Positions 1-14,294 are shown, counted from the first letter of the stretch. The stretch: 32,000 bases of DNA from Pasteurella multocida (GCF_900187275.1 NZ_LT906458.1:1800001-1832000), one strand, 5' to 3'. Made by a program: numbers and translations. The notes: a model not told the origin generated them from the sequence alone.

Positions 1-1
1 A

Positions 2-325
2 GCTGGTCACACCCCACTCCTTACGGCGATTAAACCCGGTATTGTGAAATTAACTCTTGAAGACGGAAAAGAAGAAGTGATCTATGTCTCGGGTGGTTTT
101 TTAGAAGTTCAACCCAATGTGGTTACCGTATTAGCGGATACGGCGATTCGTGGTGATGAATTAGATGGCGATCGTATTTTAGCTGCTAAAAAACGTGCAG
201 AAGAAAATATTCGTACGCGTCATGGCGATGCTAATTATGAAATGTTGGCGTCGAAACTGTCTAAAGAATTAGCGAAACTCCGTGCTTATGAATTAACGGA
301 AAAATTAGTTAAAAATAAACGCTAA
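2..325 (+). CDS. atpC: F0F1 ATP synthase epsilon subunit, 5'-truncated by window edge
   Basis: The reading frame continues upstream of the listed ORF ([55 protein letters not shown]...), typical of AtpC; stop TAA at 323-325. Confidence 0.95.
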   Translation, partial: AGHTPLLTAIKPGIVKLTLEDGKEEVIYVSGGFLEVQPNVVTVLADTAIRGDELDGDRILAAKKRAEENIRTRHGDANYEMLASKLSKELAKLRAYELTEKLVKNKR

Positions 326-349
326 TTTGACCGCACTTTAAATACCAAA

Positions 350-378
350 AAGACCACATCATGTGGTCTTTCTTTTTC
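350..378 (+). terminator. Rho-independent terminator after atpC
   Basis: AAAGACCAC-ATCAT-GTGGTCTTT stem followed by CTTTTT. Confidence 0.8.
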
Positions 379-382
379 AATT

Positions 383-622
383 TTATTTGCCTTTTTTTAC
401 CCAATATTGAAAGGGAATATGTTCAATCTCACTTTTTAACAGTGTGTGTTCCATAAATTGACAAAAACTGGGAATATCTCTTGTTGTTGCTGGATCATCC
501 GCGATAACTAATAAAACATCGCCTTCCTCTAAAAAACGGATGTGTTTTCTCACCAGCATAACTGGCTCAGGACAGCGTAGGCCTAATGTATCTAATGTTT
601 GTGCTACCCTAATCTCATTCAT
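383..622 (-). CDS. tusA: TusA-family sulfurtransferase
   Basis: 79 aa with the [17 protein letters not shown] motif typical of TusA/SirA. Confidence 0.9.
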   Translation of the reverse strand: MNEIRVAQTLDTLGLRCPEPVMLVRKHIRFLEEGDVLLVIADDPATTRDIPSFCQFMEHTLLKSEIEHIPFQYWVKKGK

Positions 623-699
623 TGATTTTTATCATTGGTTGGCTATATTTAGGCGGTATAATACACCAAACTCAAATTGCGTAAAAGTTCAATAAAACA

Positions 700-1308
700 A
701 TGATTGAATATAAAATCCCAAAAAGTGCGGTCATTTTTGAAGAAGAAATCAAAAAAAGCCGTTTCATCACTTATCTTCAACATGTAGAAAACCTAACACA
801 AGCAAAGGCATTTTGGCAACAAATCAAATCCCAACACCCTCAAGCACGTCATCATTGTTGGGCAACCATTGCTGGCGCGCCCAATGATTCACAACAATTT
901 GGTTTTTCCGATGATGGCGAACCGGCTGGTACAGCGGGTAAGCCGATGTTGTCTGCTTTACAAGGCAGTAAGATTGGTGAAATTTGTGCTGTGGTTGTGC
1001 GTTATTATGGCGGCATTTTATTGGGAACGGGAGGGTTAGTCCGTGCTTATGGCAACGGTGTGCAACAAGCACTGACGTTATTAGAAACCGCAGTAAAAGT
1101 GCAACGTCAATCTTACAAAGTGCACTGTGATTATAGTCATATTAATGCGTTACAACTGCTTTGTGAAAAACAGGATGTGATGATCATAAATCAACATTTT
1201 GTTGATCGTGTAGCATTTGAGTTAGGGATCAGAGATGATAAACTGACAGCATTTGAACAAGCCTTAATTGAACGTTTTAGTGGACAGTTACAATTAGAAA
1301 GAGAGTAA
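700..1308 (+). CDS. yigZ: YigZ / IMPACT family protein
   Basis: 202 aa; KKSRFITYLQHV, HHCWA and FSDDGEPAGTAGKPML...VVVRYYGGILLGTGGLVRAYG motifs. Confidence 0.9.
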   Translation: MIEYKIPKSAVIFEEEIKKSRFITYLQHVENLTQAKAFWQQIKSQHPQARHHCWATIAGAPNDSQQFGFSDDGEPAGTAGKPMLSALQGSKIGEICAVVVRYYGGILLGTGGLVRAYGNGVQQALTLLETAVKVQRQSYKVHCDYSHINALQLLCEKQDVMIINQHFVDRVAFELGIRDDKLTAFEQALIERFSGQLQLERE

Positions 1309-1311
1309 ATT

Positions 1312-2775
1312 TTGAGAATATTATCCATTATCCGTATTGTTGGCATTCTTGTGATGTGTTTTTCCCTCACCATGTTAGCACCTGCTTTTGTGGCATTACT
1401 CTATGGTGATGGAGGCGGTAAAGCGTTTATGCAGACTTTTGTAATGAGTGCTATTGTTGGTATGTTATTGTGGTGGCCTTGTCATCACCATAAAGAAGAA
1501 TTACGTTCTCGAGATGGCTTTTTAATTGTGGTGGCATTTTGGTTAGTACTCGGCAGCATCGGGGCCATTCCATTCATGTTGTTTGAGAAACCGCACCTGT
1601 CTTTTTCCTCGGCAATTTTTGAGTCATTTTCTGGCTTAACTACCACGGGTGCTACTGTCATCGAAGGTTTAGACCAACTTCCAAAAGCGATTTTATTTTA
1701 TCGACAGTTACTCCAATGGCTAGGCGGGATGGGGATCATTGTATTAGCGGTAGCGATTATTCCTTTATTAGGTATAGGTGGTACACAGTTATATCGTGCA
1801 GAGTCCTCCGGTCCTTTAAAAGAACAAAAATTACGCCCACGTATTGCTGAAGTAGCAAAACTTCTGTGGATTTTATATTTCTCTCTCACGGTTCTTTGTG
1901 CAATAGCGTATTGGTTTGCTGGCATGAATGCATTTGATGCCATTGGACACAGTTTTTCTACGGTAGCGAACGGTGGATTTTCAACCCATGATGCAAGTAT
2001 GGGGTATTTCAATAATGCGACTATTTATTTGATTACAACCTTCTTTATGCTGATTGCGGGGGTTAATTTTAATTTGCATATTTCCGCGCTGACGTATCTC
2101 GGTAAACAAAATCTCTGGAAAAATTATTGGAAAGATCCTGAATTTCGTTTTTTCGTAGCGATACAAGTACTGTTTATTTTATTATTTTCTCTCTCTTTAT
2201 ATTTTTATGACGTCCTCACAAATTTAAGTGATGCTTTTATTCAGGGTTCATTACAATTGACATCAATGTCAATGACCGCAGGTTATAGTATTTTTGATAT
2301 GAATAACTTACCTGCATTTTCTGCTATGTTATTAGTCATTGCTAGTGTCATCGGCGGATGTGGTGGTTCAACAACAGGTGGCTTAAAAACTATCCGTGTT
2401 TTAATTTTATGGCTACAAGTTAAAAGAGAATTACGTAGTCTTGTCCACCCAAATTTAGTTCAACCAATAAAACTAGGACAAAATATTTTACCTATTCGGA
2501 TGTTAGAAAGTATTTGGGCTTTTCTTATGATTTTTATTTTGGTGTATTGGGTCTGTGTTTTTGCCGTGATTCTTTGTGGTATGGATGTGTTTGATGCTAT
2601 GGGATCTGTTTTTGCAACATTAACCAATGCGGGTCCTGGGCTTGGTGTGATCCACCAAGATTTTCTTAATGTCCCTGAAAGCGCCAAGATTGTTTTTGCA
2701 TTTGCCATGATTTGTGGCCGTTTAGAAATTTTTTCTTTATTAGTTCTCTTTACTCCTACTTTTTGGAAAGAATAA
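1312..2775 (+). CDS. trkH: Trk-type potassium uptake protein TrkH
   Basis: 487 aa multi-spanning protein with [51 protein letters not shown]; TTG start just after the yigZ stop. Confidence 0.92.
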   Translation: MRILSIIRIVGILVMCFSLTMLAPAFVALLYGDGGGKAFMQTFVMSAIVGMLLWWPCHHHKEELRSRDGFLIVVAFWLVLGSIGAIPFMLFEKPHLSFSSAIFESFSGLTTTGATVIEGLDQLPKAILFYRQLLQWLGGMGIIVLAVAIIPLLGIGGTQLYRAESSGPLKEQKLRPRIAEVAKLLWILYFSLTVLCAIAYWFAGMNAFDAIGHSFSTVANGGFSTHDASMGYFNNATIYLITTFFMLIAGVNFNLHISALTYLGKQNLWKNYWKDPEFRFFVAIQVLFILLFSLSLYFYDVLTNLSDAFIQGSLQLTSMSMTAGYSIFDMNNLPAFSAMLLVIASVIGGCGGSTTGGLKTIRVLILWLQVKRELRSLVHPNLVQPIKLGQNILPIRMLESIWAFLMIFILVYWVCVFAVILCGMDVFDAMGSVFATLTNAGPGLGVIHQDFLNVPESAKIVFAFAMICGRLEIFSLLVLFTPTFWKE

Positions 2776-3287
2776 TGAAAACACTGATTCTCTATTCAAG
2801 CCGTGATGGGCAAACGAAAAAAATCGCAGAATTTATTGCTTCGAAATTAAGTGGTGATGTACAAACACAACCTTTGACAGAAAAAACAGATATTACGAAA
2901 GCCGATCGCATCGTAATAGGTGCCTCCATTCGCTATGGGCATTTTGATAAAGTACTTGATAAATTTGTGAAAAAACAGACCGCACTTTTGAGCCAAAAGC
3001 CAAATGCATTTTTTGCAGTTAATCTTACCGCGCGTAAAGCTGGAAAAGATACGCCAGAAACGAATGTCTATGTCAGAAAATTTTTACAGCGTATTGATTG
3101 GCAACCGCATTTAGCGGCGGTTTTTGCTGGAGCATTATATTATCCACGCTATTCTTTTTTTGATCGTACAATGATTCGCTTGATTATGAAAATCACAGGT
3201 GGAGAAACAGATACCAGCAAAGAAATTGAATACACTGATTGGCAGAAAGTTGAATTTTTCACAGAGCAATTTGAGAAGCTTAAATAA
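2775..3287 (+). CDS. hemG: Menaquinone-dependent protoporphyrinogen IX dehydrogenase (flavodoxin-like)
   Basis: [22 protein letters not shown]...; ATG overlaps the trkH TAA stop by one base. The longer ORF start at 2712 lies inside trkH. Confidence 0.9.
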   Translation: MKTLILYSSRDGQTKKIAEFIASKLSGDVQTQPLTEKTDITKADRIVIGASIRYGHFDKVLDKFVKKQTALLSQKPNAFFAVNLTARKAGKDTPETNVYVRKFLQRIDWQPHLAAVFAGALYYPRYSFFDRTMIRLIMKITGGETDTSKEIEYTDWQKVEFFTEQFEKLK

Positions 3288-3371
3288 AGTACATGTTTTG
3301 TTTGTTTTTATAGCGGAAAAATCATTTTTGGTTAATAAAAGAGCTGTCAGTAAAAAAAATGAAAAAAGCGC

Positions 3372-3399
3372 TTGCGTGAAAATCTGAAATCCCTATAAT
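3372..3399 (+). promoter_or_regulatory. Candidate rrn P1 promoter
   Basis: TTGCGT-N16-TATAAT followed by GCACCTCCGCACC, a GC-rich discriminator, with A-rich sequence upstream. Confidence 0.65.
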
Positions 3400-3489
3400 G
3401 CACCTCCGCACCGCAAGGGAGGCAAGCGAAAGGAAAGCGTAATGCTTTTTGTTGTTTTAAAAGGTAAGCAGTCTTTAAAATAAAATGGC

Positions 3490-3518
3490 TTGACATAGAA
3501 TAGAGATTTGATTATCAT
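3490..3518 (+). promoter_or_regulatory. Candidate rrn P2 promoter
   Basis: TTGACA-N17-TATCAT, about 190 bp upstream of 16S. Confidence 0.6.
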
Positions 3519-3539
3519 TTTCGTCCTTGCTTAGTGCAA

Positions 3540-3551
3540 CGTTCTTTAACA
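3540..3551 (+). promoter_or_regulatory. boxA-like antitermination element in 16S leader
   Basis: CGTTCTTTAACA resembles E. coli rrn boxA TGCTCTTTAACA. Confidence 0.6.
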
Positions 3552-3706
3552 ATCTAACAGACAATCTGTGTGGGCACTTGTTGATTGATTTCATTTAAAA
3601 AATTTTAAATTTGAAGTCTTAATAGGTGCTTAATACTGAAAATTCATGATACTTTTGAAGTAAATGTAAACTTTTAGCTAAGCAGTTTATTGAGCGATTG
3701 AACTTT

Positions 3707-5249
<1,543 letters not shown>

Positions 5250-5331
5250 CTAAAATGGAACGACTGCAAGTGTTCACACAGATTGTTTGGTAGATTGTGT
5301 CAATGAAGAGACAAAAAACCGAAATCCTTTT

Positions 5332-5408
<77 letters not shown>

Positions 5409-5469
5409 CTCAAGCGAAAGCAAAAGAGTGAAGCGAAAAGGGATGACGGCGCATTGTAATGATGTGAAT

Positions 5470-5545
5470 GGGGATATAGCTCAGCTGGGAGAGCGCCTGC
5501 CTTGCACGCAGGAGGTCAGCGGTTCGATCCCGCTTATCTCCACCA
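5470..5545 (+). tRNA. alaT: tRNA-Ala (anticodon TGC)
   Basis: 76 nt cloverleaf GGGGATA...TATCTCC A CCA with G3:U70-type pair; anticodon loop CTTGCAC. Confidence 0.97.
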
Positions 5546-5668
5546 AATCATCATTGCTAAGTGTTTTGTGTAAATGGCATTAGTCTGGATAGGTTAATGG
5601 TTTTTACATTAAGAATATTTAGCAATGATGAGCGAAAAATGGCGAAGCCATTTTGACTTGTCTTTATT

Positions 5669-5680
5669 GTTCTTTAAAAA
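5669..5680 (+). promoter_or_regulatory. boxA-like element in the 16S-23S spacer
   Basis: TGTTCTTTAAAA downstream of tRNA-Ala, at the usual spacer position. Confidence 0.55.
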
Positions 5681-5866
5681 ATTGGAAACAAGCTGAAAAA
5701 CTGAAGAGATTTTCGAAAGAAAGTCTGAGTAGAAAAAATCTTGCATGAAAAAAGGCATGCAAGTGTTTAGCGTTTAAACACAACATCAAGGTGATGAAAC
5801 TTGATTAATGCATTAGCAAAGGTTAATGGATTAATTGAGATTAAGTAAGAATACTTGAGGTTGTAT

Positions 5867-8764
<2,898 letters not shown>

Positions 8765-8918
8765 ATACAACGCTCAAGTGTTTTTGGGTGTTGAGTGAGA
8801 TGTTAGACGAAGACGAAGAAGAGAAAATTACTTTAGACAGCTTGTTTTTGATTAAAGTGCGAGAGTGAAGAAAGCACGAAGGAAGAACAGAAGAATAGAG
8901 AAGACATCAACCGAATAT

Positions 8919-9034
8919 CTTGGCGGCGATAGTGCAGTGGACCCACCTAACTCCATGCCGAACTTAGAAGTGAAACGCTGTAACGCCGATGGTAGTGTGG
9001 GGCTTCCCCATGTGAGAGTAGGACACCGCCAGGT
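8919..9034 (+). rRNA. rrf: 5S ribosomal RNA
   Basis: CTTGGCGGCGATAG...CCATGCCGAAC...GAAGTGAAACGC...CCGATGGTAGTGTGG...GAGAGTAGGACACCGCCAGG; terminal stem closes. Ends are approximate. Confidence 0.95.
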
Positions 9035-9046
9035 CTGAATGAGAAG

Positions 9047-9078
9047 AAACCTCAAGTAGAGATACTTGAGGTTTTTTT
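9047..9078 (+). terminator. rrn operon terminator
   Basis: AAACCTCAAGTA-GAGA-TACTTGAGGTTTTTTT, a 12-bp perfect stem. Confidence 0.9.
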
Positions 9079-9262
9079 GTGTTTGGAGAGAGTGGGGATA
9101 TGGGGAGAGTGTCATTCGCATAACAAGAAGTATAGTCATTACCCAAAAATCAAGCAGGACTAAGCAGTAATACAGTAATTAAGAAGCAATTAAGAAACAG
9201 CAATTAATGAGCAGTCAAGAGGCAATTAGGCAGGCTGTTTGGGGGAATCGTCGCTTTGTGCT

Positions 9263-9703
9263 TTATTCATAAATCTCAATGCCACCAGAACAAAGTACTT
9301 TTGCTACCGATTGGTTATTTTTAAATACTTCCACACCATTTTCATCCTAAGCTTTAGGATTGGTATAAAAAATATGATACGTATAATTACCACTTGTTAG
9401 CTCGTAGAAACGTTTTATTTCGATTGCGCCTTTCGTGATAACCCCTTTTATAATGTTTTCAATATGACTTGTTAGTGTAAGTTCTGGATTATTAAGATTT
9501 GCACCAAAGCGATAGATATAGACTTTATCATATTTGTTTAATTGAATGATTTTTCCTTGATTTGTTCTGTAAGTAAAGATGGGTTCTTCTTGTTGTTGAG
9601 AAGATTCCTGATAAGATTTATCCAACATAGGAATACTTGTATTAGCGGCATTAAGAGAAAAGCTGGCACAGACGAATGGAAGGAAAAAATATACTGACTT
9701 CAT
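9263..9703 (-). pseudogene. Small putatively secreted protein gene interrupted by an in-frame TAG (or a naturally shortened gene)
   Basis: The 118 aa ORF (MKSVYFFLPFVCASFSLNAANTS...IFYTNPKA) stops at TAG (9347-9349). The same frame stays open for 27 more codons (DENGVEVFKNNQSVAKVLCSGGIEIYE) to a TAA at 9263-9265. N-terminus looks like a Sec signal peptide. Confidence 0.55.
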
Positions 9704-9813
9704 ATTATGCTCCTTTTTTATTATGGGATCATAGAAAGTATGTGCATTTTTTCTTTAAACAAAAACGTTTATTTTTTTAGATGTTATAAAATGATATATC
9801 CATTTTTGTGGAT

Positions 9814-9843
9814 AAAAAAGGGAAGCCATTGCTTCCCCTTTGT
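9814..9843. terminator. Bidirectional hairpin terminator between yfbU and the upstream-facing small gene
   Basis: AAAAAAGGGAAGC-CATT-GCTTCCCCTTTTT. Confidence 0.75.
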
Positions 9844-9864
9844 TTAATACGTTGTTCTTTGATG

Positions 9865-10359
9865 CTATGCATTTAAGATATTTTGAATTTCAGTCATGCT
9901 TAAGTGGTAACCATGTGGACAAGCATGCCAAACATCTAACATACGCATATATTTATCCCACATTGGGACTTGTGAGTCACAACCGTGTTCACAACGCATA
10001 AATTCTTGATATTTTCCTTCTACACCAGTGATGAAACGCAAATAATTTAAATATTTTTTCTCACGTACGGCACAATAACCCGCAAATTGTAAACGATGTG
10101 GTGTGAGAGCTGATTTATCACTCAGGTTGTTGTAAGACGTTTGTAAGGCGTTGTACATTTCTAAGGTATCTAATACAGTTTGGCATTCCTGTTCTGACAC
10201 ATCGGAAAATTCTTTATCTAATTCTTTGAGTTCTAAGGCAAATCCGCCTTTTACAATGGCTTCGAGGCGCTGATATTTTTGTGCATTTTGACTATCTAAT
10301 AAGCCCATTAATTTATATTGGTTGGCCAAGATTAAACGTTGTGTCGATGTCATTTCCAT
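9865..10359 (-). CDS. yfbU: YfbU family protein
   Basis: 164 aa; MEMTSTQRLILANQYKLMGLLD...ECQTVLDTLEMYNALQTSY is typical of the YfbU/UPF0304 family. Confidence 0.9.
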   Translation of the reverse strand: MEMTSTQRLILANQYKLMGLLDSQNAQKYQRLEAIVKGGFALELKELDKEFSDVSEQECQTVLDTLEMYNALQTSYNNLSDKSALTPHRLQFAGYCAVREKKYLNYLRFITGVEGKYQEFMRCEHGCDSQVPMWDKYMRMLDVWHACPHGYHLSMTEIQNILNA

Positions 10360-10371
10360 AATGTATTCCTT

Positions 10372-11112
10372 TTAATCAATTTCATTTAAGATATCTTGAG
10401 CGAGATCCTGTTTTGGTGTGCTTACTTTGCCGTCTTTCACTCGATATTCAAGGTTTTGGAAATAAGCTTCACGGAAAGTAATATACGGATCTTGTGATTG
10501 TTCTAATAAGGCATCTTTATCTAATGCTTTAGCGCGACCGTCAATAATTTGTACGCCAGATTTTAAGAGTGACCAAGGTCCTAATAAAGATAACATTGGG
10601 TAGGTGGTATCCGCCAAATTACCAATGTCTTGGCGTGGTGTGGCTGGTCCATAAAGTGGTAGCATGACATAAGAACCAGTTTCAACCCCATAGCGTCCGA
10701 GTGTATCACCAAAACGGCTTTGATTTTCTACTCTTAACGGTGGGCTATAGCTTGCCACATCAATTAACCCACCGATACCAAATACCGTATTAATCCAAAA
10801 ACGATTGAAGTGAGTCATCGCTTTTTTAAATTCACCTGAAAGTAAGCGGTTTACAAAACTGGCTGGTTCATCTAGGTTATTCGCAACATTCGTTAAACCG
10901 GATTTTACAGGTGTTGGAACATACTCTTTCCAACCTGTCGCAACAGGTTTTAACAGATAAGGATCAACTACTTTATAGTTAAAATCCCACATTGTGCGGT
11001 TAAAGCCTTCTAATGGATCTTTACGCTCACCTGTTTTTGAATCAATAGTCGCACAGCCACTTAATACTGTGGCAGCTAAGAACAAGGTTACGAGACGTTT
11101 GGTTTTTTTCAT
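10372..11112 (-). CDS. mlaA: MlaA (VacJ) outer membrane lipid asymmetry lipoprotein
   Basis: 246 aa; lipobox VLSGC; DPLEGFNRTMWDFNYKVVDPYLLKPVATGWKEYVP and GRYGVETGSYVMLPLYGPATPRQDIGN motifs. Confidence 0.93.
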   Translation of the reverse strand: MKKTKRLVTLFLAATVLSGCATIDSKTGERKDPLEGFNRTMWDFNYKVVDPYLLKPVATGWKEYVPTPVKSGLTNVANNLDEPASFVNRLLSGEFKKAMTHFNRFWINTVFGIGGLIDVASYSPPLRVENQSRFGDTLGRYGVETGSYVMLPLYGPATPRQDIGNLADTTYPMLSLLGPWSLLKSGVQIIDGRAKALDKDALLEQSQDPYITFREAYFQNLEYRVKDGKVSTPKQDLAQDILNEID

Positions 11113-11206
11113 ATCCGCTCTCTATAAGATGAAAAGAAATACCATTTTAGCAAGTTAATGCATAACTACAAGACAATTTATTGTGGCGGAAAAAATGTGT
11201 ACTTTT

Positions 11207-11236
11207 TTGTATTTTTATGCAATATTATTGTATAAA
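11207..11236 (+). promoter_or_regulatory. Candidate carA promoter 1
   Basis: TTGTAT-N18-TATAAA. Confidence 0.4.
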
Positions 11237-11244
11237 TATTCATT
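11227..11244 (+). promoter_or_regulatory. Candidate ArgR (ARG) box overlapping promoter 1 -10
   Basis: ATTGTATAAATATTCATT versus E. coli ARG box pattern ATTGAATTTTTATTCATT. Confidence 0.45.
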
Positions 11245-11257
11245 TTAACGTTTGCGA
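11242..11257 (+). promoter_or_regulatory. Candidate PurR-like operator, one strong half-site
   Basis: ATTTTAACGTTTGCGA; the right half AACGTTTGCG matches the PurR operator ACGCAAACGTTTGCGT, the left half is poor. Confidence 0.35.
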
Positions 11258-11263
11258 AATAGC

Positions 11264-11292
11264 TTGAATAATTACGTATTGTCCATTAGAAT
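11264..11292 (+). promoter_or_regulatory. Candidate carA promoter 2
   Basis: TTGAAT-N17-TAGAAT. Confidence 0.45.
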
Positions 11293-11459
11293 TGCGAAGT
11301 TTAACTTTTGGCAAGGGATTTTCTTCCACAAGTTAATTTTCAGACACGATTTAGTTTGCTCAGCGAAACCCGAAAGCGCGGTGAATTTTCGTAAACTTTA
11401 CTAGATTGTGGTTAATGAACATTCGTAAGTGTTCAACCAAAACAAATTAGGAGTAATTT

Positions 11460-12617
11460 ATGTCTGAACCAGCAATTTTGGTATTGGCTGATGGGAGTGT
11501 TTTCCATGGCAGCTCTATTGGAGCAAAAGGCCACACCGTAGGCGAAGTGGTGTTTAATACCGCTATGACAGGCTATCAGGAAATTCTAACGGACCCTTCT
11601 TATTTTCGACAAATCGTCACCTTAACTTATCCTCACATTGGCAATACCGGTACAAATCTAGAAGATTGCGAAGCGAATCACGTTTATGCCTCAGGACTGA
11701 TTATTCGCGATTTACCCTTATTACACAGCAATTTCCGTTCATCCATGAGTTTGCGTGATTATCTTCAAACCCATAATGTGGTTGCTATTGCGGATATCGA
11801 CACACGCCGTTTAACCCGTATTTTACGTGATAAAGGTGCGCAAGCGGGTTGTATCATGACCGGTGAGATTGATGAAGCCAAAGCCCTTGAGTTAGCGAAA
11901 AGTTTTGGGTCTATGGCGGGCAAAGATCTTGCACAAGAAGTGAGTACGGGTGAAATTTTTACTTGGACATCCGGTCAATGGCAATTGGGTAAAGGGTTTA
12001 TTGAACAAACTCAAGCGGAATTTAATGTGGTGGCTTATGACTTTGGTGTCAAACACAATATTTTAAGAATGCTTGCTGAGCGTGGTTGCAAAATCACCGT
12101 TGTACCGGCAAAAACCAGTGCAGAGCAAGTGTTAGCATTAAATCCAGATGGCATTTTCTTGTCTAATGGACCAGGCGATCCGGAACCTTGTGATTATGCC
12201 ATTTCCGCTATTCAAACCTTATTAGCCTCAAAGAAACCCATTTTTGGTATTTGTTTAGGTCATCAGTTATTAGGTTTAGCAGCAGGTGGTAAAACTAAAA
12301 AAATGGCATTTGGGCATCATGGTGCTAATCACCCCGTACAAGATTTGAATACACAAAAAGTGTTTATCACGAGTCAAAATCATGGTTTTGAAGTAGATGA
12401 AGCGAGCTTGCCAAGTCATGTGCGTGTGACACATCGTTCATTATTTGACAATTCTGTACAGGGTATTGAACTCAGTGATCAGTCTGCGTTTTCTTTCCAA
12501 GGGCACCCTGAGGCGAGTCCAGGTCCAAATGATGTGGCTTATTTATTTGATAAATTTATTAATGAAATGCGCAAGGCAAATTTAAGTCAGTTATCGACTT
12601 ATGTCGCGCACCATTAG
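11460..12617 (+). CDS. carA: Carbamoyl-phosphate synthase small subunit
   Basis: 385 aa; [31 protein letters not shown] class I amidotransferase motif, [10 protein letters not shown]. Confidence 0.98.
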   Translation: MSEPAILVLADGSVFHGSSIGAKGHTVGEVVFNTAMTGYQEILTDPSYFRQIVTLTYPHIGNTGTNLEDCEANHVYASGLIIRDLPLLHSNFRSSMSLRDYLQTHNVVAIADIDTRRLTRILRDKGAQAGCIMTGEIDEAKALELAKSFGSMAGKDLAQEVSTGEIFTWTSGQWQLGKGFIEQTQAEFNVVAYDFGVKHNILRMLAERGCKITVVPAKTSAEQVLALNPDGIFLSNGPGDPEPCDYAISAIQTLLASKKPIFGICLGHQLLGLAAGGKTKKMAFGHHGANHPVQDLNTQKVFITSQNHGFEVDEASLPSHVRVTHRSLFDNSVQGIELSDQSAFSFQGHPEASPGPNDVAYLFDKFINEMRKANLSQLSTYVAHH

Positions 12618-12698
12618 TGAGGCTATGCGTAGGTTGAGGTAGTACTACGCCTTATTTATTAAATCATGACCGCATTTTCATTCAACTTTTGAGGCTCG

Positions 12699-13571
12699 AT
12701 GATGTTAACCCCTTATGCATATCACTTGGTTAATGTGTTTGCCGAAACCTATTTTGGCGGCAATCCGTTAGCGGTTTTTCCTCAAGCTGATGGACTGACT
12801 GATCAACAAATGCAGTTAATTGCACGTCAATTTAACCTATCCGAAACCGTTTTTGTCCATCAAACAACAGAAAGCAGTGCGGTAAGAAAATTACGTATTT
12901 TTACCCCTGATTATGAATTACCTTTTGCAGGACATCCGACAATTGGTGCGGCGTTTGTGTTACATCAGCAGTTAAACCTACCCGAAACTTATCTTTTACA
13001 AACACAGGCTGGCTTGGTGAAGTTGTTTCATGAAGCGAAGCAGATTTGCTTTGGTTTACAAAACCATATTGAAGTGGAGGTGATTGATGACAATCTTCCT
13101 CAATATACGCAATTATTAGGTTTAAGCGAGTCAGATATTGCTCAAATTGCGTGGGTTAATACCGGCAGTCGCCAATTACTGATCCAATTAACCTCTCTCA
13201 ACGCCCTTAAAACTTGCCAAATTCATCCCGCACTTTTTCAGCAAATTGTGAAACAATCTGCGCTTTATCTTTGGTTTGTAGAACAAAATCAAGCCAATGT
13301 GCGACTCTTTTTTGGTTCAAACGGTGCGGTTGTCGAAGATCCCGGGACAGGTTCAGCGGCTGCAAATTTAGGGGGCTTATGCCTTAAAAACGGCTTAACA
13401 CCACTCAATTGGCGCATTTATCAAGGTGATGAAATCCAACGCCCGAACCGTTTAACCTTACAAGTCGATGAATCTGAAACCATTTATGTGGGCGGTAAAG
13501 TGATTGCGGTAGGATGTGGAGAGTTGTTTGTGCCGAGTAGAGAGGGTGAACCAAGTCAAGGAAGTCGTTAA
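12699..13571 (+). CDS. PhzF family isomerase/epimerase-like protein
   Basis: 290 aa; VNVFAETYFGGNPLAVF, LSETVFV, TPDYELPFAGHPTIGAAFVL, EDPGTGSAAANLGG motifs of PhzF proteins. Confidence 0.93.
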   Translation: MMLTPYAYHLVNVFAETYFGGNPLAVFPQADGLTDQQMQLIARQFNLSETVFVHQTTESSAVRKLRIFTPDYELPFAGHPTIGAAFVLHQQLNLPETYLLQTQAGLVKLFHEAKQICFGLQNHIEVEVIDDNLPQYTQLLGLSESDIAQIAWVNTGSRQLLIQLTSLNALKTCQIHPALFQQIVKQSALYLWFVEQNQANVRLFFGSNGAVVEDPGTGSAAANLGGLCLKNGLTPLNWRIYQGDEIQRPNRLTLQVDESETIYVGGKVIAVGCGELFVPSREGEPSQGSR

Positions 13572-13599
13572 GCTTGTGTACAGTGAGGAACTCGAAAAA

Positions 13600-14223
13600 A
13601 TGAATATTTATTGCTTATTATTTGATGATTACGAAACACTGGACTTAATGGGACCGATTGAGTTTTTGTTTCGACTTCCAAATGTACAACTTCATTATAT
13701 TTCCAAGCAAGGTGGACTGATTAAAAGTTATCAAGGCTTTAAAACAGATACAGTTTCTATCACCTGTTTGCCAGAAAAAAGTATATTGCTGATTCCTGGT
13801 GGGCAAGGGACACGACAACTAGTCAAAGATATGCCGTTTTTAACTTGGTTAACCCAACTTGTGGATGAGGCTGAGTTTTGTCTGAGTGTTTGTACAGGCT
13901 CTGCTTTATTGGCTGCCATGAAACAACTTGACGGAAAATGGGCGACATCCAATAAATTAGCATTTGAGTGGGTTCGTCAGATAAATCCAGATGTGAAGTG
14001 GAAAGCTGTCGCTCGTTGGGTAAGAGATGGTAAGTTTTATAGTTCATCTGGTGTGACTGCTGGCATGGATATGACCTTAGGTTTTATTCATGATCATTAC
14101 GGTCAAGGCTTAGCACAACAGATAGCTAATCAAACGGAATATATTTGGAACGCTGATCCTAATAAAGATGAATTTGCTTCATTATATGGTTATTCCGCTA
14201 AAAGTAACATGACAAAAGCATAA
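13600..14223 (+). CDS. DJ-1/PfpI family (glutamine amidotransferase-like) protein
   Basis: MNIYCLLFDDYETLDLMGPIEFL...LLIPGGQGTR...LSVCTGSALLAAMKQLDGKWATSNK with nucleophile-elbow Cys. Start chosen at ATG 13600, which is preceded by GAGGAA. Confidence 0.88.
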   Translation: MNIYCLLFDDYETLDLMGPIEFLFRLPNVQLHYISKQGGLIKSYQGFKTDTVSITCLPEKSILLIPGGQGTRQLVKDMPFLTWLTQLVDEAEFCLSVCTGSALLAAMKQLDGKWATSNKLAFEWVRQINPDVKWKAVARWVRDGKFYSSSGVTAGMDMTLGFIHDHYGQGLAQQIANQTEYIWNADPNKDEFASLYGYSAKSNMTKA

Positions 14224-14294
14224 CAAGTTGAAGTGATGTCAGTATATCCAAAAGTGCGGTTAAATTTTTAATCGTTTTACAGAGAGAGAAAAAG

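Noticed and set aside
2712-2774. Longer start for hemG at 2712
   Set aside because: It would overlap trkH by 64 bp; the ATG at 2775 gives the standard flavodoxin-like N-terminus [14 protein letters not shown].
13516-13599. Longer start for the DJ-1/PfpI gene at 13516
   Set aside because: It overlaps the PhzF-family gene and gives a non-family N-terminus; ATG 13600 has a good Shine-Dalgarno.
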